From Ramazzottius varieornatus (Eukaryota > Animalia > Tardigrada): 64,000 nt of DNA. Shown in pieces: positions 50,403 through 62,644 of this stretch; positions within the stretch are counted from its first letter, which is position 1, and each line of letters begins with the position of its first letter. The notes beneath the pieces were generated by a model. It saw only the letters and a program-made list of their open reading frames with translations, made no database searches and was not told the origin of the DNA. A program made the translations under genes and the position numbers. The stretch lies in assembly GCA_001949185.1 (NCBI GenBank), contig BDGG01000003.1:4331610-4395609 (forward strand), given 5' to 3'.

Positions 50403-52698
50403 ACGTCCCATTAGTACTATCAATCTCATTGTAGCGCTTCATTGTGTAAACAAGCTGTAGCGTTAAATGAGCAATAAATCTGAATAGCTCACAAACAATG
50501 GCTTAATTAAGTGTCAGAAATTGGATCTTTGTCCGACATGTACTGTTTCAATGCAAATGCCGGTTTCACAGATCGGCCCCGTGTTTATTATCGTTCGGGA
50601 TCAAGTCACTCTTCCTTCCCCTTCAGCCCCCCTTCAATCTTTGGGATAACAGTCGGCGTGTTGTTTAACTTTAGTAGATTTAGAGCAATCGACGGCACCA
50701 TTGACACTGTACAAGAAGTGTCAAAGATCCTGTCATCCTATCGGCGGCAATTGCCACATTGAGCTTCCTTATCATGAGTTCTATTGCAATTTATTGTGAT
50801 ATGTGATCTGATGTGGACTGTTCCCTATCATTCCCTCTACTTATTTTGATACTGCTTCCATCCGTCCAGTCGATCGTCACGAGCTGGGCGAAAAGGATGT
50901 TGAAACTTACTGTATCCTCGACACTTGCCAACCGGAAGCAGACCGGAAACCCGCAACACTGCCGCTTGATCCCATGTCTTTCCCTCTTCTATACTTTATT
51001 TTTCTGCAAGAAACATAAGGTTATTAAAATGCTGATGGTCTTCTGTTGTTCATGCTTACCTTCAACGATGGAATATCATCGATATGTTGTACCTGGTGCG
51101 CTGAGCCTTTTGAAGCTTCAACCCAGGAAGCAATCCCAAGTTTCTGGAGTGGTGCGAGCTCATGTCCACCGGTGTTTCATCGGGAGACTTATCCTGTGAT
51201 CATATCTACAACGCAGATTAGACTCGCTAACACTGTCATACCTTCAAAGGCTTAAACCGGCGTCTGCCAGCCGGAAACGCAAGCGGAATGTGGAAGGTGG
51301 CCGGGTACTTGGAGTCTACGCAAACAGCTACGTTTATCCCTGGGACGATAACATGGAACTCTGGGCGCTAATAGCCCATAGATTGTTATTGCTTGGGAAT
51401 ACACGTAGATGTTACGTAATGCGACCGCTAAAATGCAATAAGTGGACATTGGGCGACCCAACTCAGCAGCAGAGAGCCGGAAGCTCTCCCGACTGTAAGA
51501 AATGACGTCGAGTTCCTCAAAGAACGGATATGTCCCTCGTTCACCAGCTGTACTTCTTCTTCAGCAGGCTTCGGAATGGCACTACAAAAACGGTTTGCAG
51601 TCAACGACCTCCTATGTAAAAAGCCGACAACATTTGGGACCTAAAAGGCTGAAAATTGTGCCTCCATACCGCAAAGCGGCCACTAGCCTATGGCCGCCGT
51701 AAACGGCAGTCACCATGAGGGCGCACTTTCCATCGTTTGTTCCAGCAGGTTCAGACCTGTACAAACATGAAAGAGAATTAAAGAAAGCTATTGAAGATAC
51801 AGTGACGAACGAAAGGTTATCAGAAACTAATCAGCAATTACTAATCAGGAATCACCTCTATCGAAAACGGAACCGCAACCGCCTAGGTGGTAGCCACCGT
51901 AGCCTTTCCACTCGGTAACAAGCCGATTATTTATGGACATACGGAGCATAGAATTGTGCTTTTCGGAAATTGTTTGTTTTTGTACGACTTTTCTTCTTTT
52001 TTCTTTTACGTTTTCCGCTGTGCTTCCGTCACGATGACGTAAAGACTGTTCAGAACTCACTTACCGTGTGCACGTTATGTGGCCGATTGAAGCGGCGTGA
52101 AGCCCAGTCTCCCATTCTAACTGTCACTGTCAGACCGCAGATGGGGTTTCAACCTGGACCATATCATGGAGTGGGCCAAGTGGGCTGTTTTGCGAATAGG
52201 TGGTGGAGTGACGTCAGTAAGCGGTTGTTGGTCCGCACTGTAGAGCTGCAATACTTTGCGTGCTGAAAACAACGGCGTGCCAAAATGCGAGCGGAATCAG
52301 CACCCGTCGTAGACTGGTGAAAATGCCCACCGACAGATACGTCAAGGGTGGGGAATCAAGTCGTAATTTGACTTTTTACAAAGAAATACTATGATTCTGT
52401 TGGCGCTACAGTTTTCTTCTATTTTGGTAGTATGGTCGATGACGTAAGCGAGTATTCGCTCCGCCTCAATATTCGCATTGCGCAATCAATCAATCGCTTG
52501 AACGTGTGTCCCACTCTCCGGCAACGCAAAGTACAGCAGCTCATCAGTGGTTTCGCCATATGTTTTCTCCGTGATTGCGTTTACGAATTACGATTACGAA
52601 TAATTACTGATCGTCCCTTTCACACTTACCGTTTCTCCAGAGTACTCGTACAGAATTTATCACTGTTTGCAAGTATTCAGGTTGCTTTCTAGGCGATA

Positions 52699-55600
52699 AT
52701 GGAGACTCCTCCGGCGGAGCAGCCTCCCGCGCAGGAACCGGCCTCGGATGTCACAATGGCGGGCGAAGCATCTCAGGAGCGAGATCTGATGAATCCTGTT
52801 CCTCCAGCAGGTTGGTTGATCTTCTTCCAGTCTTTTCTTGTTTTCCAGAGACGGCCAAGGTCTTTGGTGATCGATCCTTCTCCATGCAGCCACCAGACGA
52901 CCACAGCAACGCCCAGAATACTTCGAGGAATTCAAACAGATTGTCACCAGACCCGGAAGCCTACAGAACAAACGCGGTAATTCCTGTTTCTTTCCCGTTG
53001 TCTGAATGTGAGAAAGGGTCAGAAAGCGCAAACTCTGTGCAACGACAAGTGCTTTTGTAAACCCCATAAAGCCTGAAGTCGGAAACGCAAGGCTGACAAA
53101 CGGATAAACTGATCCAGAAATGCCAGCCAGACGTTTGAGATGGCTGCTCGATTGATTACTTGATTGTCGATACTTTCGATCGACAGTCACTCATTTGTCC
53201 TATTGCGTAATCTTGGATCGTCTTTCACCGACGGGTTACGGAAATGCGGCGGTTAGATGGGTTCTTCTTGCTGACATCTATTGTGTTTCTGAGTTCCAGG
53301 TGTCGCAGGAACGAAGGTGGCGCTGACGACCAACTACATCAAGGTAGCGCTGTACAAGACCGACAAGATCTTCCTGTACCGAGTAGACTTTACTCCAGCA
53401 GCTGACATCTATGGCTCGGACAAAGGGAAAGCTCTGCGAAAGTTCGCGGAGGATCCCTCCGTCGGGCTGGACAACAAAGACTACGTTTACGACCGAGAAA
53501 ACCTCCTGTACTGCATGCCTTCGTGCTTTGCAAAGCTGGGCGATGTGAGCAACCCTCTAACTTTGATCATCTTTTTTGTCCTTTCATACTGTCTCTATCT
53601 TGCAGGGGAAGTCTGTGGAGAATCTGAAGATCGGTGGGCAGATCAAGCCGAAAGAAGGTAGCAGTGATGCGCCAGTCACTTACGAGAAGGAAGTGTCGGT
53701 TCGCGTCACCCGAGTGGCAGACATGCCTCCCAACGATCCGAGGATCTTGGCTCAGTTGAACACCCAGCTGAATCGGTAAGTCTGCTCTACATCATTTAAG
53801 CCTCATGATACGCCCCATGTATGGAATCTGCCAAGTGTTTTTCTCGTTCTAGCTTCATGGAGATTAATCTGAAGATGGCACGAGATCGCGAAGCCTTCTA
53901 CGATCCTGGCGCTGCGGTGAAACCTCAAAACGTCACGTAAGTTTCGTTCTGTGGGGATTTGATCCTATCGCGTATGTTTTACAGGAACCACAGTTGTTAT
54001 CGCAAGTAAAAGTTGGTGATAGATGGAAGAATGATTGCCGTTTGAACTGGGCTTCTGAATCGTTGATACTCGTAGGAACTTTGTGATCTGGCCCGGCTTC
54101 CAGACATCCATCGGCGTCTATGATACTCCGGCTGGCTTTAGCCCTCTTCTGATGTGCATCGATCCTAAGTTCCGTATCGTCCGGTAAGTTGAGAATTCAC
54201 ACTTGGGCGGCTACAAACAAGAAAATTGATGGGAGCTTGGCAAACAAACTCGAGAAGATTGTTTTCCCAAGTCGCGCGTGGTTTGAGTGTGTTTAGCTGA
54301 AAACGTGCGTCACTTGGAGGAATAGTTTTGTCGAGTTGGGTTCGCTTTCGTCCCAAATCGTGGACTACATAGACACTTTAACCATTCAGCGCGCTCATTG
54401 TACAAGAACGATTTTGACGTTCCTCTCTAGTACCGATACGGCTCTGCAAGTTATGCTGGAGGCCAGGACGGCGGCCATGAGGCTGCACGGCGCCAACATG
54501 GAGGCGGTGAACGCGGAAGTTTCAAAAGCCATCAAGGGATCGGTCGTGACAACGAAGAAAGCACCTAACCGCTCCTCTCGATATCCATCAGATCAAAAAA
54601 TGAACCGCAGACTTAGCCTCTATATTGCCCTCTCTTTGCAGATATAACAACGTCTCCTACCGCATCGAAGGCGTGCTGTTCGACAAGACACCAAGATCGA
54701 CCTTCGAAACACGCAAGACGCTGGCCAATGGTGAAAAGGAAACTGGCAGTATCGCTGTGGGCACATTCATCCAAGAGGTAAGTGGAACATTCAAAAGTAA
54801 ACCATCTGTAATGTCCAGAGTGTATTCTTTGTCGTTTCTGTTACTGTATTCCCTCGATAGTTCTGCGAACTACGTCATCAGGCCAGTATATTACACCCGC
54901 AGTGATATCACTGCTTGTTTGATTGTCGCCCGTCACCCTACTTGATTGGCGAGCAATCTTTGATTGGATGCATCAATATTTTCTATCCCCGCCGGGTAAT
55001 ATTTACCGGAACAGTCACGTGATTCGCAGAACTATCGAGGGAATACAGTACGAGGAGCGAGACCCAACTTTGTCTGTTTGCCCGAACTGGCGACAACTTT
55101 GTCCACTGACGATTTCTCACTAACCTTCCGCTATCAGAATTCCGAAATTATTCGCAAGAATCTTCAAACACTTAGCTTCATTTCCGTTCACTCAAAAGTG
55201 AGAATAAGTGGAAGATCAGGACGGGAGAAATTCCAGAATGGAAGTCGTTCGAGAATTCGTTCGGTATGAGGGAACACGCCCTCTGCAGAGGGCACAACAA
55301 GCTGGGCCATGTAAACACATATGCGCCCGACCGAGCAGGAACACGCATTTCCAGACGTGTGCCCAAGGCTGATGATGTCGTAACACTACCGTTCTCCTCC
55401 AAAATTGGAACGGCTAAAACTTTGTCCACTTCCACGCGAAAACGCTTTGCTTTACGAAATCGTTTAACTGTGAACTACCAATGAAGGCTGCCCTTCTTTC
55501 TTCTCAGTTTTGCATGATCTCTCTTGCCTCTTACTAATCTTTGCGGAATTCTCTGCGGAACTACTTCTTGATTCTGAGAGCCAACAGGAGGAAAGGTATG

Positions 55601-58600
55601 GCGCAGAGGAAAGTAAGGCTGGTTTAACCCAGAGTATAAAACCGCGTGGGATTTCCTGCGTCACTGGCCGTTGCGGCGCGGACGGACACCATAAAGAAAT
55701 TTTACGGCACGAACGGTACGGCATTTTCCTTGCGGTTGCGTACGGCCGTACCGCACTGTTGCCGTATGGTTCCGCAATGCTACGCGGTTTTATACTCGGG
55801 ACTTTAACCACCCGGCGTCTCGTCTTCCGGTGGCGCATGACGTCATCGAAAGTGTAACTGCCAAACCGAAAGCAGTTGTGGGTGAATGCGCCTGTGGAAG
55901 GTAGTTATCTCTTCCATCGCTGGCTCTGAAAATCATGAATGAACTTTCGGGTACGTTTTGAGCGTGAAATTAGCGAAATCTGTCCACGCTTCAGGAAGAT
56001 ATAGCGATGTGAAGCGCAGTGCGCCGCTTGGGAAGATAATCTATCGCAACATCGCTTAATGAGTCATATGTGACTTCCAAAAAAGAAATAAGGTGCTCAT
56101 GCGGCAGGTGCACATTGCCTTCTACCTTGATTTTTACGGAAAATCAGAAGGGCTAAAACTTTGTCTACTCTTCATCGGTCGCATTATGGCGGTTAACGTG
56201 ATCAGCTAATTTCAACCCAGCCAGGAAGCCAACATTGCCACCTGCAGAACTTGAGTGGACAAAGTATCCTCGTGGCCAAAGCAGGGCCTCGCTCCTCGTA
56301 CAGGAAATGGGCAGTGTTGTTCGGATACGACAGCGGAACTAATTCGAATCCGGTCGCCCATGTTAAGTCTATGGCTACAGCGGGCCATATCGGAATTGAA
56401 TTCTGCGTTATGCATTAAAATACATTGTGTCGGAACAACACTGGAAATTGGTTCGGCGAACGAACTGAGAAATCTTTTTCCCAGATGGAGCACACTTTCT
56501 GGTAGTAACAATGAAACGTGCGCCATGCAGGAAAACAACCGCACTCGACAAGACCGTTCTTACAAGTGACGCATACTTCTAGCCACAGTAACTGAAAACG
56601 TGCGTCACTCTATTCGCCGACATTCCAGATGTTTTCGGTTAGGGCCTTTTGACGAAAACTCAATCGGGATGGGCCTGTTTGCAGAGGTACAAAGTGACGA
56701 TCAGTAACGGGCAACAGCCGTTGTTGGTGGCCAAGCACTCGGACAAGGCTCTGCGACGAAGGCGAGGCGAGATTTGGCTGGTGCCGGAACTGTGCCTTAT
56801 GACTGGCTACACCGACAAGATCAAGAGCGACTTCCGCATCATGAAGGAAGTCACAAAGATCACTAAGATGAACCCGGATGTGCGCAGGAATAAGGTGGAG
56901 ACGTTTGTTCATCGCCTCACTGGGTAAGTACTACGCGAGGTCCGATATCGGGTTGTAAGAGGGCAAATGGAAGTTGGTGGAAGATTTCAGTGTCTGACAC
57001 TGCCCGTTTCGAAGTAGTGGGTTTTTTGCTCGAAGCGAAGTGTTGATGGTTTGTAGGAATCCTGAAGTGAAGGCCCAGCTAGCTGAATGGGGAACAGAGT
57101 ACGGTAATGCCCTGTGTACTGTCGAAGGTCGACTTCTCAATCCCCAAACCATTGTCCAGAAGAATCAGGTAGGAAAATGAAATGCCTAAAATTTGGAATT
57201 TCGGCTTTGAAAGTTTAAAGGAGCTCCTGTATCTGAGATGACAGTATTTCAAAAATTATCGATCAGGTTCATTGAGGAACAAATTTTTGTGAGAAGGAAA
57301 AGCTGACTGTTTTCCTAACTAGATCTATCGATGTTTTCACTTCCTGATTATCTATCGGGTCTTTCTGGCCCACAGAAAGCTACGTACCAGTCTGCCAATG
57401 CCGACTGGATGCGAGACATTCGCTCCCGGCTCTCCGACAAGGAACCGGAAGCAGTTGGCAATTTCTGGATGATGCTGCACTGCAATGATGAGTCTCGAGC
57501 TATCGGTTTCGCCAAGACCTTGGCACAGGTCGCTGGTCCTCTTGGCCTACCCCTAAACCCCACTCCAGGAAAGATGTAAGATTTTTGCCGGCGATAGTGC
57601 TCCTGATAGAGTTTCTTCTGCTAAATCCTCCCTCTTGCAGGCTGAATGTTGGAAGCGATGGCGGGGCGGCTTTCGTTGCAGCTGCCACGAAGAACTGGAA
57701 CGCCCAATGCAGACTGGTAAGTACCATCTGACTTCCTACTTGTATATAAGTTTCGAAGACTTTAAACCGTTCGCTTGAAAATTCTCAGATCTAAGCTCCG
57801 TTTCACGAGTATCGAATCTTCTCTGAACTTGAAGAGACGAAATTCAAAAGTACGGTACTCGTGAAACGGAGCTTAGTCCTGATGAGTTGTGGCAATCATT
57901 GTGTGAATTCTTTAGATCGTTTCAGTCTTTCCCAATAACGCTGCCGACCGATACAGTACCTTCAAGAACCAGTTCTGCTGCGTCGCACCTTGTAAGCGAT
58001 ACTGTCACACCAAGTATAAATCTGTCCTGCTGTTTGGTTCTTGTAGCCTTACTTACTTTACCAATGTAACTTCATTCCGGGACGGTGTTTCCGATCGCTG
58101 ACTGTCCGTTCCAGGTCCCACGCAGGTTGTCCTATCCAAGACCATCGAGCCAGGCAAGAACTTGATGAGTGTGGCAACCAAGGTGGCCATTCAGGTCGTG
58201 GCAAAACTTGGAGGTCAAAACTGGAAGATGAATGTACGTACACAGCATGAATTCGCTGAGTTTAGGTTCGGGAAATTACACTTTCGCCTGAAGAAGACCG
58301 GGGATCGGCACGGTAACCGAATAGAACCAGATCGCTTTAGCGTGGCGCACGCTTTGGGCCATAAACAGCGAGAACGCGCGCCACTTGAGATAACGATGTG
58401 GATGGAGTCATTTGCCGACTTTTCAAACATCAGAGTAGTTTTGCACCTTACACGAATTCCCAGTACGAGTTTCTAAGTTTTGTGGTCATTGAGTATGACG
58501 TTTGCCTCTGTTGTAGTTTCCCTTCAATGTCCCAACAATGGTGGTGGGCATTGACACGCACCGCGACCGTATCAACAAGGAAGTAATAGTGGCGGCCACC

Positions 58601-59871
58601 GGCTCGCACAATCCTGGCTTCTCCGGTTACCACAATTTCTCCACTGCAGTGCCACAAACTCAAAACAGGGACGACGAGGAAGACGCCATGTTCGACGCGG
58701 CTCGCGACCTCGTGCGCAGTAAGAGCAACCACTCGGTATGTTTTACATGCTGGAATATTTTCTTACATAGCTTTCTTCTGTCGCAGAGTGTGTCGAAGCG
58801 TTCAAGAAGAGTAACAACGTTTGGCCACATCAAGTCTTCATCTATCGAGACGGTAAGAAGTAGTCTGTAGGAAAACCAGTAGAGCGCTAGACAGAATCTG
58901 CAAGATTGTTTTCTTCAGCGGTGCACATTTCCATTGATACCATCCGGAAGCGTGCGCCACTTGGAAAACTCGACAAGATTGTTTTGTCAAGTGGCGCACA
59001 ATCTCAGTATCACGAGCTGGAGGCACGCGCCACTTGTTGTAACAGTCTTGTGCAGTTAGTTTGCCTAAGCCTCAGTCCACGAATGTTACGTTATGATTTG
59101 AGAAAAGTTGCATGATTTGGTTTCGAGTAGGGATCAGCGAAGGACAGGTGGGCAATATTCGTGACAAGGAAGTGGCAGGCATCGTGGAAGCGCTGAAGGG
59201 CTTGCCTGCCTCACCGCCGTAAGTAGTCCTCCACGACTATCTTAATGCTTGCGATTTGCTTCTGTTTCGAATTCGGTGTGAGAGGTGGCTACCTTTCACA
59301 GGATCAAGAGTACATACGTTTTGGTGAACAAGCGCGATTCCAGCCGTTTCTCCGTGGGAACTGCCAACCCTCTCTCTGGGACTGTCGTCGACCAGATTGT
59401 CACTCGCTCGTATCGGTAATAAACTCCGCAGTTTTCCCAGTTCAATGACGGACGCGAAACGAGACTGGTGCTTAGTGTTGTTGTGTAACCCTTTTGGAAT
59501 AACTTGACGGGAGTTTTCAGCTTCGACTTTTACATCGTCTCGCAAAGTGTCCGAGAAGGCACAGTGGCTCCCACCTACTACAACGTGATCCACCATCAAT
59601 GCAACCTCCCACCGGACGCCATGCAACAGATGACCTACATGCTATGCCACATGTACTTCAACTGGGCGGTAAGGTCTTCTTTCAAGCTTTGAATAGTACT
59701 GTACAGATGGAACCTGAAACCGGAAGCTTATTTTGACCGTCTCTCTGCTTTTAGGGAACCATCCGAGTTCCGGCTCCATGCCAGTATGCGCGCAAACACG
59801 CGCAGTTGGTCGCCCTTAACCTTCATGGTCCTGCCGCGGATGCCTTGCGCGAGAAGCTTTTCTTCCTGTAG
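52699..59871 (+). CDS. Piwi-clade Argonaute, divergent, many exons
   Basis: 'TRP..LQNKRGVAGTKVALTTNY', 'IWPGFQTSI', PAZ 'YNNVSYRI...QPLLV...LVPELCLMTG', MID 'ATKVAIQVVAKLGG', PIWI 'VGIDTH', 'YRDG', 'VSQSVREGTVAPTYY', '[21 protein letters not shown]', C-terminal 'LFFL*'. Confidence 0.95.
54237..54346. repeat. Palindromic element (core 54269), Piwi intron
   Basis: GGCAAACAAACTCGAGAAGATTGTTTTCCCAAGTCGCGCG...TGCGTCACTT. Confidence 0.85.
55621..55810. mobile_element. ~190-bp MITE-like inverted repeat in the long Piwi intron
   Basis: GAGTATAAAACCGCGT (55632-55647) is inverted at 55782-55797, with imperfect extension to GGTTTAAC/TTAACC. Internal TACGGC repeats. Confidence 0.65.
56453..56620. repeat. 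Palindromic element, dimer (cores 56483, 56564), Piwi intron
   Basis: Period 81; bounded by TCGGCGAA/TTCGCCGA. Confidence 0.85.
57791..57876. repeat. 86-bp hairpin / mini-MITE in a Piwi intron
   Basis: Perfect 21-bp inverted repeat CTAAGCTCCGTTTCACGAGTA (57791-57811 and 57856-57876). Confidence 0.8.
58310..58418. repeat. Palindromic element (core 58340), Piwi intron
   Basis: GCGTGGCGCA-27-CGCGCCACTT. Confidence 0.9.
58890..59066. repeat. Palindromic element, dimer (cores 58916, 58989), Piwi intron
   Basis: Period 73; the second unit has a 27-nt spacer. Confidence 0.9.
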
Positions 59872-60349
59872 GTTGTGCGAATATTCTGAGAGCTTTTATA
59901 GCGTCAAAGATGGTACTTTGCCACGTTGCTAGTATTTCTGAACTCCTTAATACTTGGTGTTGTACTTGGTGTTGTACTTGGTTTGTTTCTTTCCCACGAC
60001 TCTATCGGTTTGTTTTAATTTTATTCTGTTTGTAACTTGTAATCTCGAAGTGTTTCTCGTGCATTGTTTTACTGAATCCATCTTTATTTGATTTCTTTCG
60101 GATTTTCTGTCGATTACTAGAAGCGAAACAGTATTTGTTCAACTTTGTTGTTAGAGAATAGAATTTGTTGGCAGAACAAGAATTCTCTTGTGAAACGATG
60201 TAAGTAACATGTTTGGTATGTTGAAGAGAAAAAAGGTTAAAAACATCGTATTGAACGAAGATGCTTTCAACTGTCTGAGTTCGGATAGAACGGAAAAGAA
60301 AACGTCCGACAGGCCTTTGCCAAATACCGAACTTTGCTACACAAAGGGG

Positions 60350-62025
60350 CTACTTCTTGTTTCGACCACGAGAGCCACTGAGACGTCGGTCCATTCCGTT
60401 GCCGCGTTTCCTCTCGCCAGAAACAGACCTTCGGGGTGACGGCGAAGACGATGAAGAGGATGACGGCGAGGCGTGACCGTCTTTCTTACGCCGTTCCCTC
60501 TCGACGCGACGCCTCTGACGTTCAACAGAAGAATCATCCGAAGAAGCGCTTGTCATTCTCTTTAGAGGGCTTCTTTTGCTTTGTTCTTCTCGACGACTTC
60601 GTGGGCTTCTTGACTTCACGCGGACTGGTGAAGCTCGGCGCCTCTCCTTCCGATCGTCATTGCCTACAGAAATATCATATCAGATCATATTACGTTACGT
60701 TAATTCACACGGACGATATGTCACATTTATACCGATAACACACATGACATGACATGACATCACACAATGACAATACTCAGTTTCATGCACTGTCTCGGAT
60801 CCAAAGTTTTGCTTGCCTCGTCGTCGATCTTCCCGACCGGGAGAACGTCGGCGACGCTTCGGGGAGGGTGATCTTCGTTGTTCGGGGCTTTGCCGTCGCT
60901 CTTCCCTTCGTTTCCCAGCATCTCGACGGTCTGAACGTTCTCGATCACGGCTGGAACGACGTCGACGAGACGGACTGGAATCTTGCTTTCTTTGGGGAGA
61001 ATTTTGAAGCTGGTTTGTGCTCGTCCCATTTCTAGCATGTCTAGCTCTTCTGTCCTTCTTGTCATTGCTCCTAATTTCACCTTCTGAGTAAGAAGCTTCG
61101 TTGCCGCTCTCACTTCCTGTCGAGGAAGATTGCACCGAAGGAGATCGGACCTTTCTTGCCTTTGCGGGCATCTCTCTGATGTCCGGTTGAGGCTTCGCAG
61201 ACTCGCTCTTGGCAGAAGACGCCTACATGAAAAAGAATCACTTGCAACTATGGTCAAATCTTCTTCCACTGACAACTAAAATGATGAACTACCATTTCGT
61301 TTTGGGACCCGACCATAATTCCACACAATTGTGAGCTCGGCAAGATTATCTTCTCAAGTGGCGCACGTTGTCAGCGTTATTGGCTGAAAAATTGCGCCAC
61401 TTGAAAAAACGGTCTTGGCGAGTTTGTTTGCCGAACTCACAATTCATACGGATGACTTATTACGCAAAAAATGTGCATAACACCTTACCGTAATCAAGTC
61501 ATCTTCAGGATCTTTGATTAGTGCGTATCTTTTGGAGCGAGCATCCAGTTCTCGTTGATGGCGTGCAGGATCCATGGACGATCCATCGACGTATTCAGCA
61601 GAAATTCCAAAGGCTTCTCTCAGTTTCTTGTTTCTGGTCTGATTAGCTGCAGCAATCTCGTGAGTACCTGAAGCTATAGGACGTCCGGACTCGTCCAAAG
61701 GAATGCCTGCATTCTCGGACTTGAGCTTCTTCAGCTGAGTCGCGCGAAAAGCGTCCACTTTCTCCTCGATCTCCTTTTCGTCGAAATTCTGGACCTCCAA
61801 CATCTCACGAAGCTCCAGGCAGTCAATCTCAATCTTGCGTTTTCTTTCGTGCTCCAGAATCTCCAAGTTAGGTTCACGGTTCAGGGAGGCTTCAGATTTG
61901 GCGAGTTCTTCTTCGGTGCGATAGTCCACTTTCTCCTTTCTCGGTCGAACGAAGGCCATGTTCCGTTGGACGAAGCCATTAGTACCACTTCCTCTCGGTG
62001 TTTCCAGCCCGATTCCGTTGTACAT
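60350..62025 (-). CDS. SRRM2: CWC21/SRRM2-like splicing factor (cwf21 domain plus RS-rich tail)
   Basis: 'MYNGIGLETPRGSGTNGFVQRN', 'ILEHERKRKIEIDC', then RS/SP-rich exons. Confidence 0.9.
61326..61434. repeat. Palindromic element (core 61356), SRRM2 intron
   Basis: AAGTGGCGCA-27-TGCGCCACTT; the arms extend to AATTGTGAG/CTCACAATT. Confidence 0.92.
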
Positions 62026-62644
62026 CTTGTCAGCGTCTCTGGGGAACAGCTGGATCCGATATCTAGAGACTAGAACCTCGATTCCAAAAGACTACAGATG
62101 AAAAGACCAAAGAGATTGTACCAGGGTCACTAATTCTGTGAAACAATCTGCGAAAAACGTTTCCAGTGAACATAGTGGCGCCCGGGAGCGCCTGAGGGCT
62201 TCATGGGCAAAAAGTTGTAAACGTCCAAAAAGGCCCGTAGCGCCGGGTATCGCTTTAACCCGCTGGGTAACACCATCACGGTCTTCACAGACCGACCAGT
62301 GGTCTGGCAGCCCCTTACTGTGAAAGCAGACAGGAGTGACTCCTGAGGAGTCCAGAAAATTTTTATTACGATTGTTCTTTGAAGAACGATGTACATGCAC
62401 CCCGCCGCCTCCGCGGTATGTCTTCCTACTTACGATGAATGCCTCTTCCCTATTTATTTATGGACTAGTGGAAAACTGTAACAACTCCGCTCCAAACCGC
62501 ACGCTTCCTCTGTTCGAAGCGCTCGTCTTCGGTCGTCTCCATTCCTACATCGACTTTACTCAATGTACTTCCTCCCTCGCCTTCTCGCCGTTTTCGGAAT
62601 AAAACCGGATTCACTCAATTTACCTCACTTATTTTCTTTACCAG

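Noticed and set aside
59951-59985. 12-bp tandem repeat TACTTGGTGTTG (~2.6 copies) in the Piwi 3' UTR
   Set aside because: Ordinary slippage duplication with no further signal.
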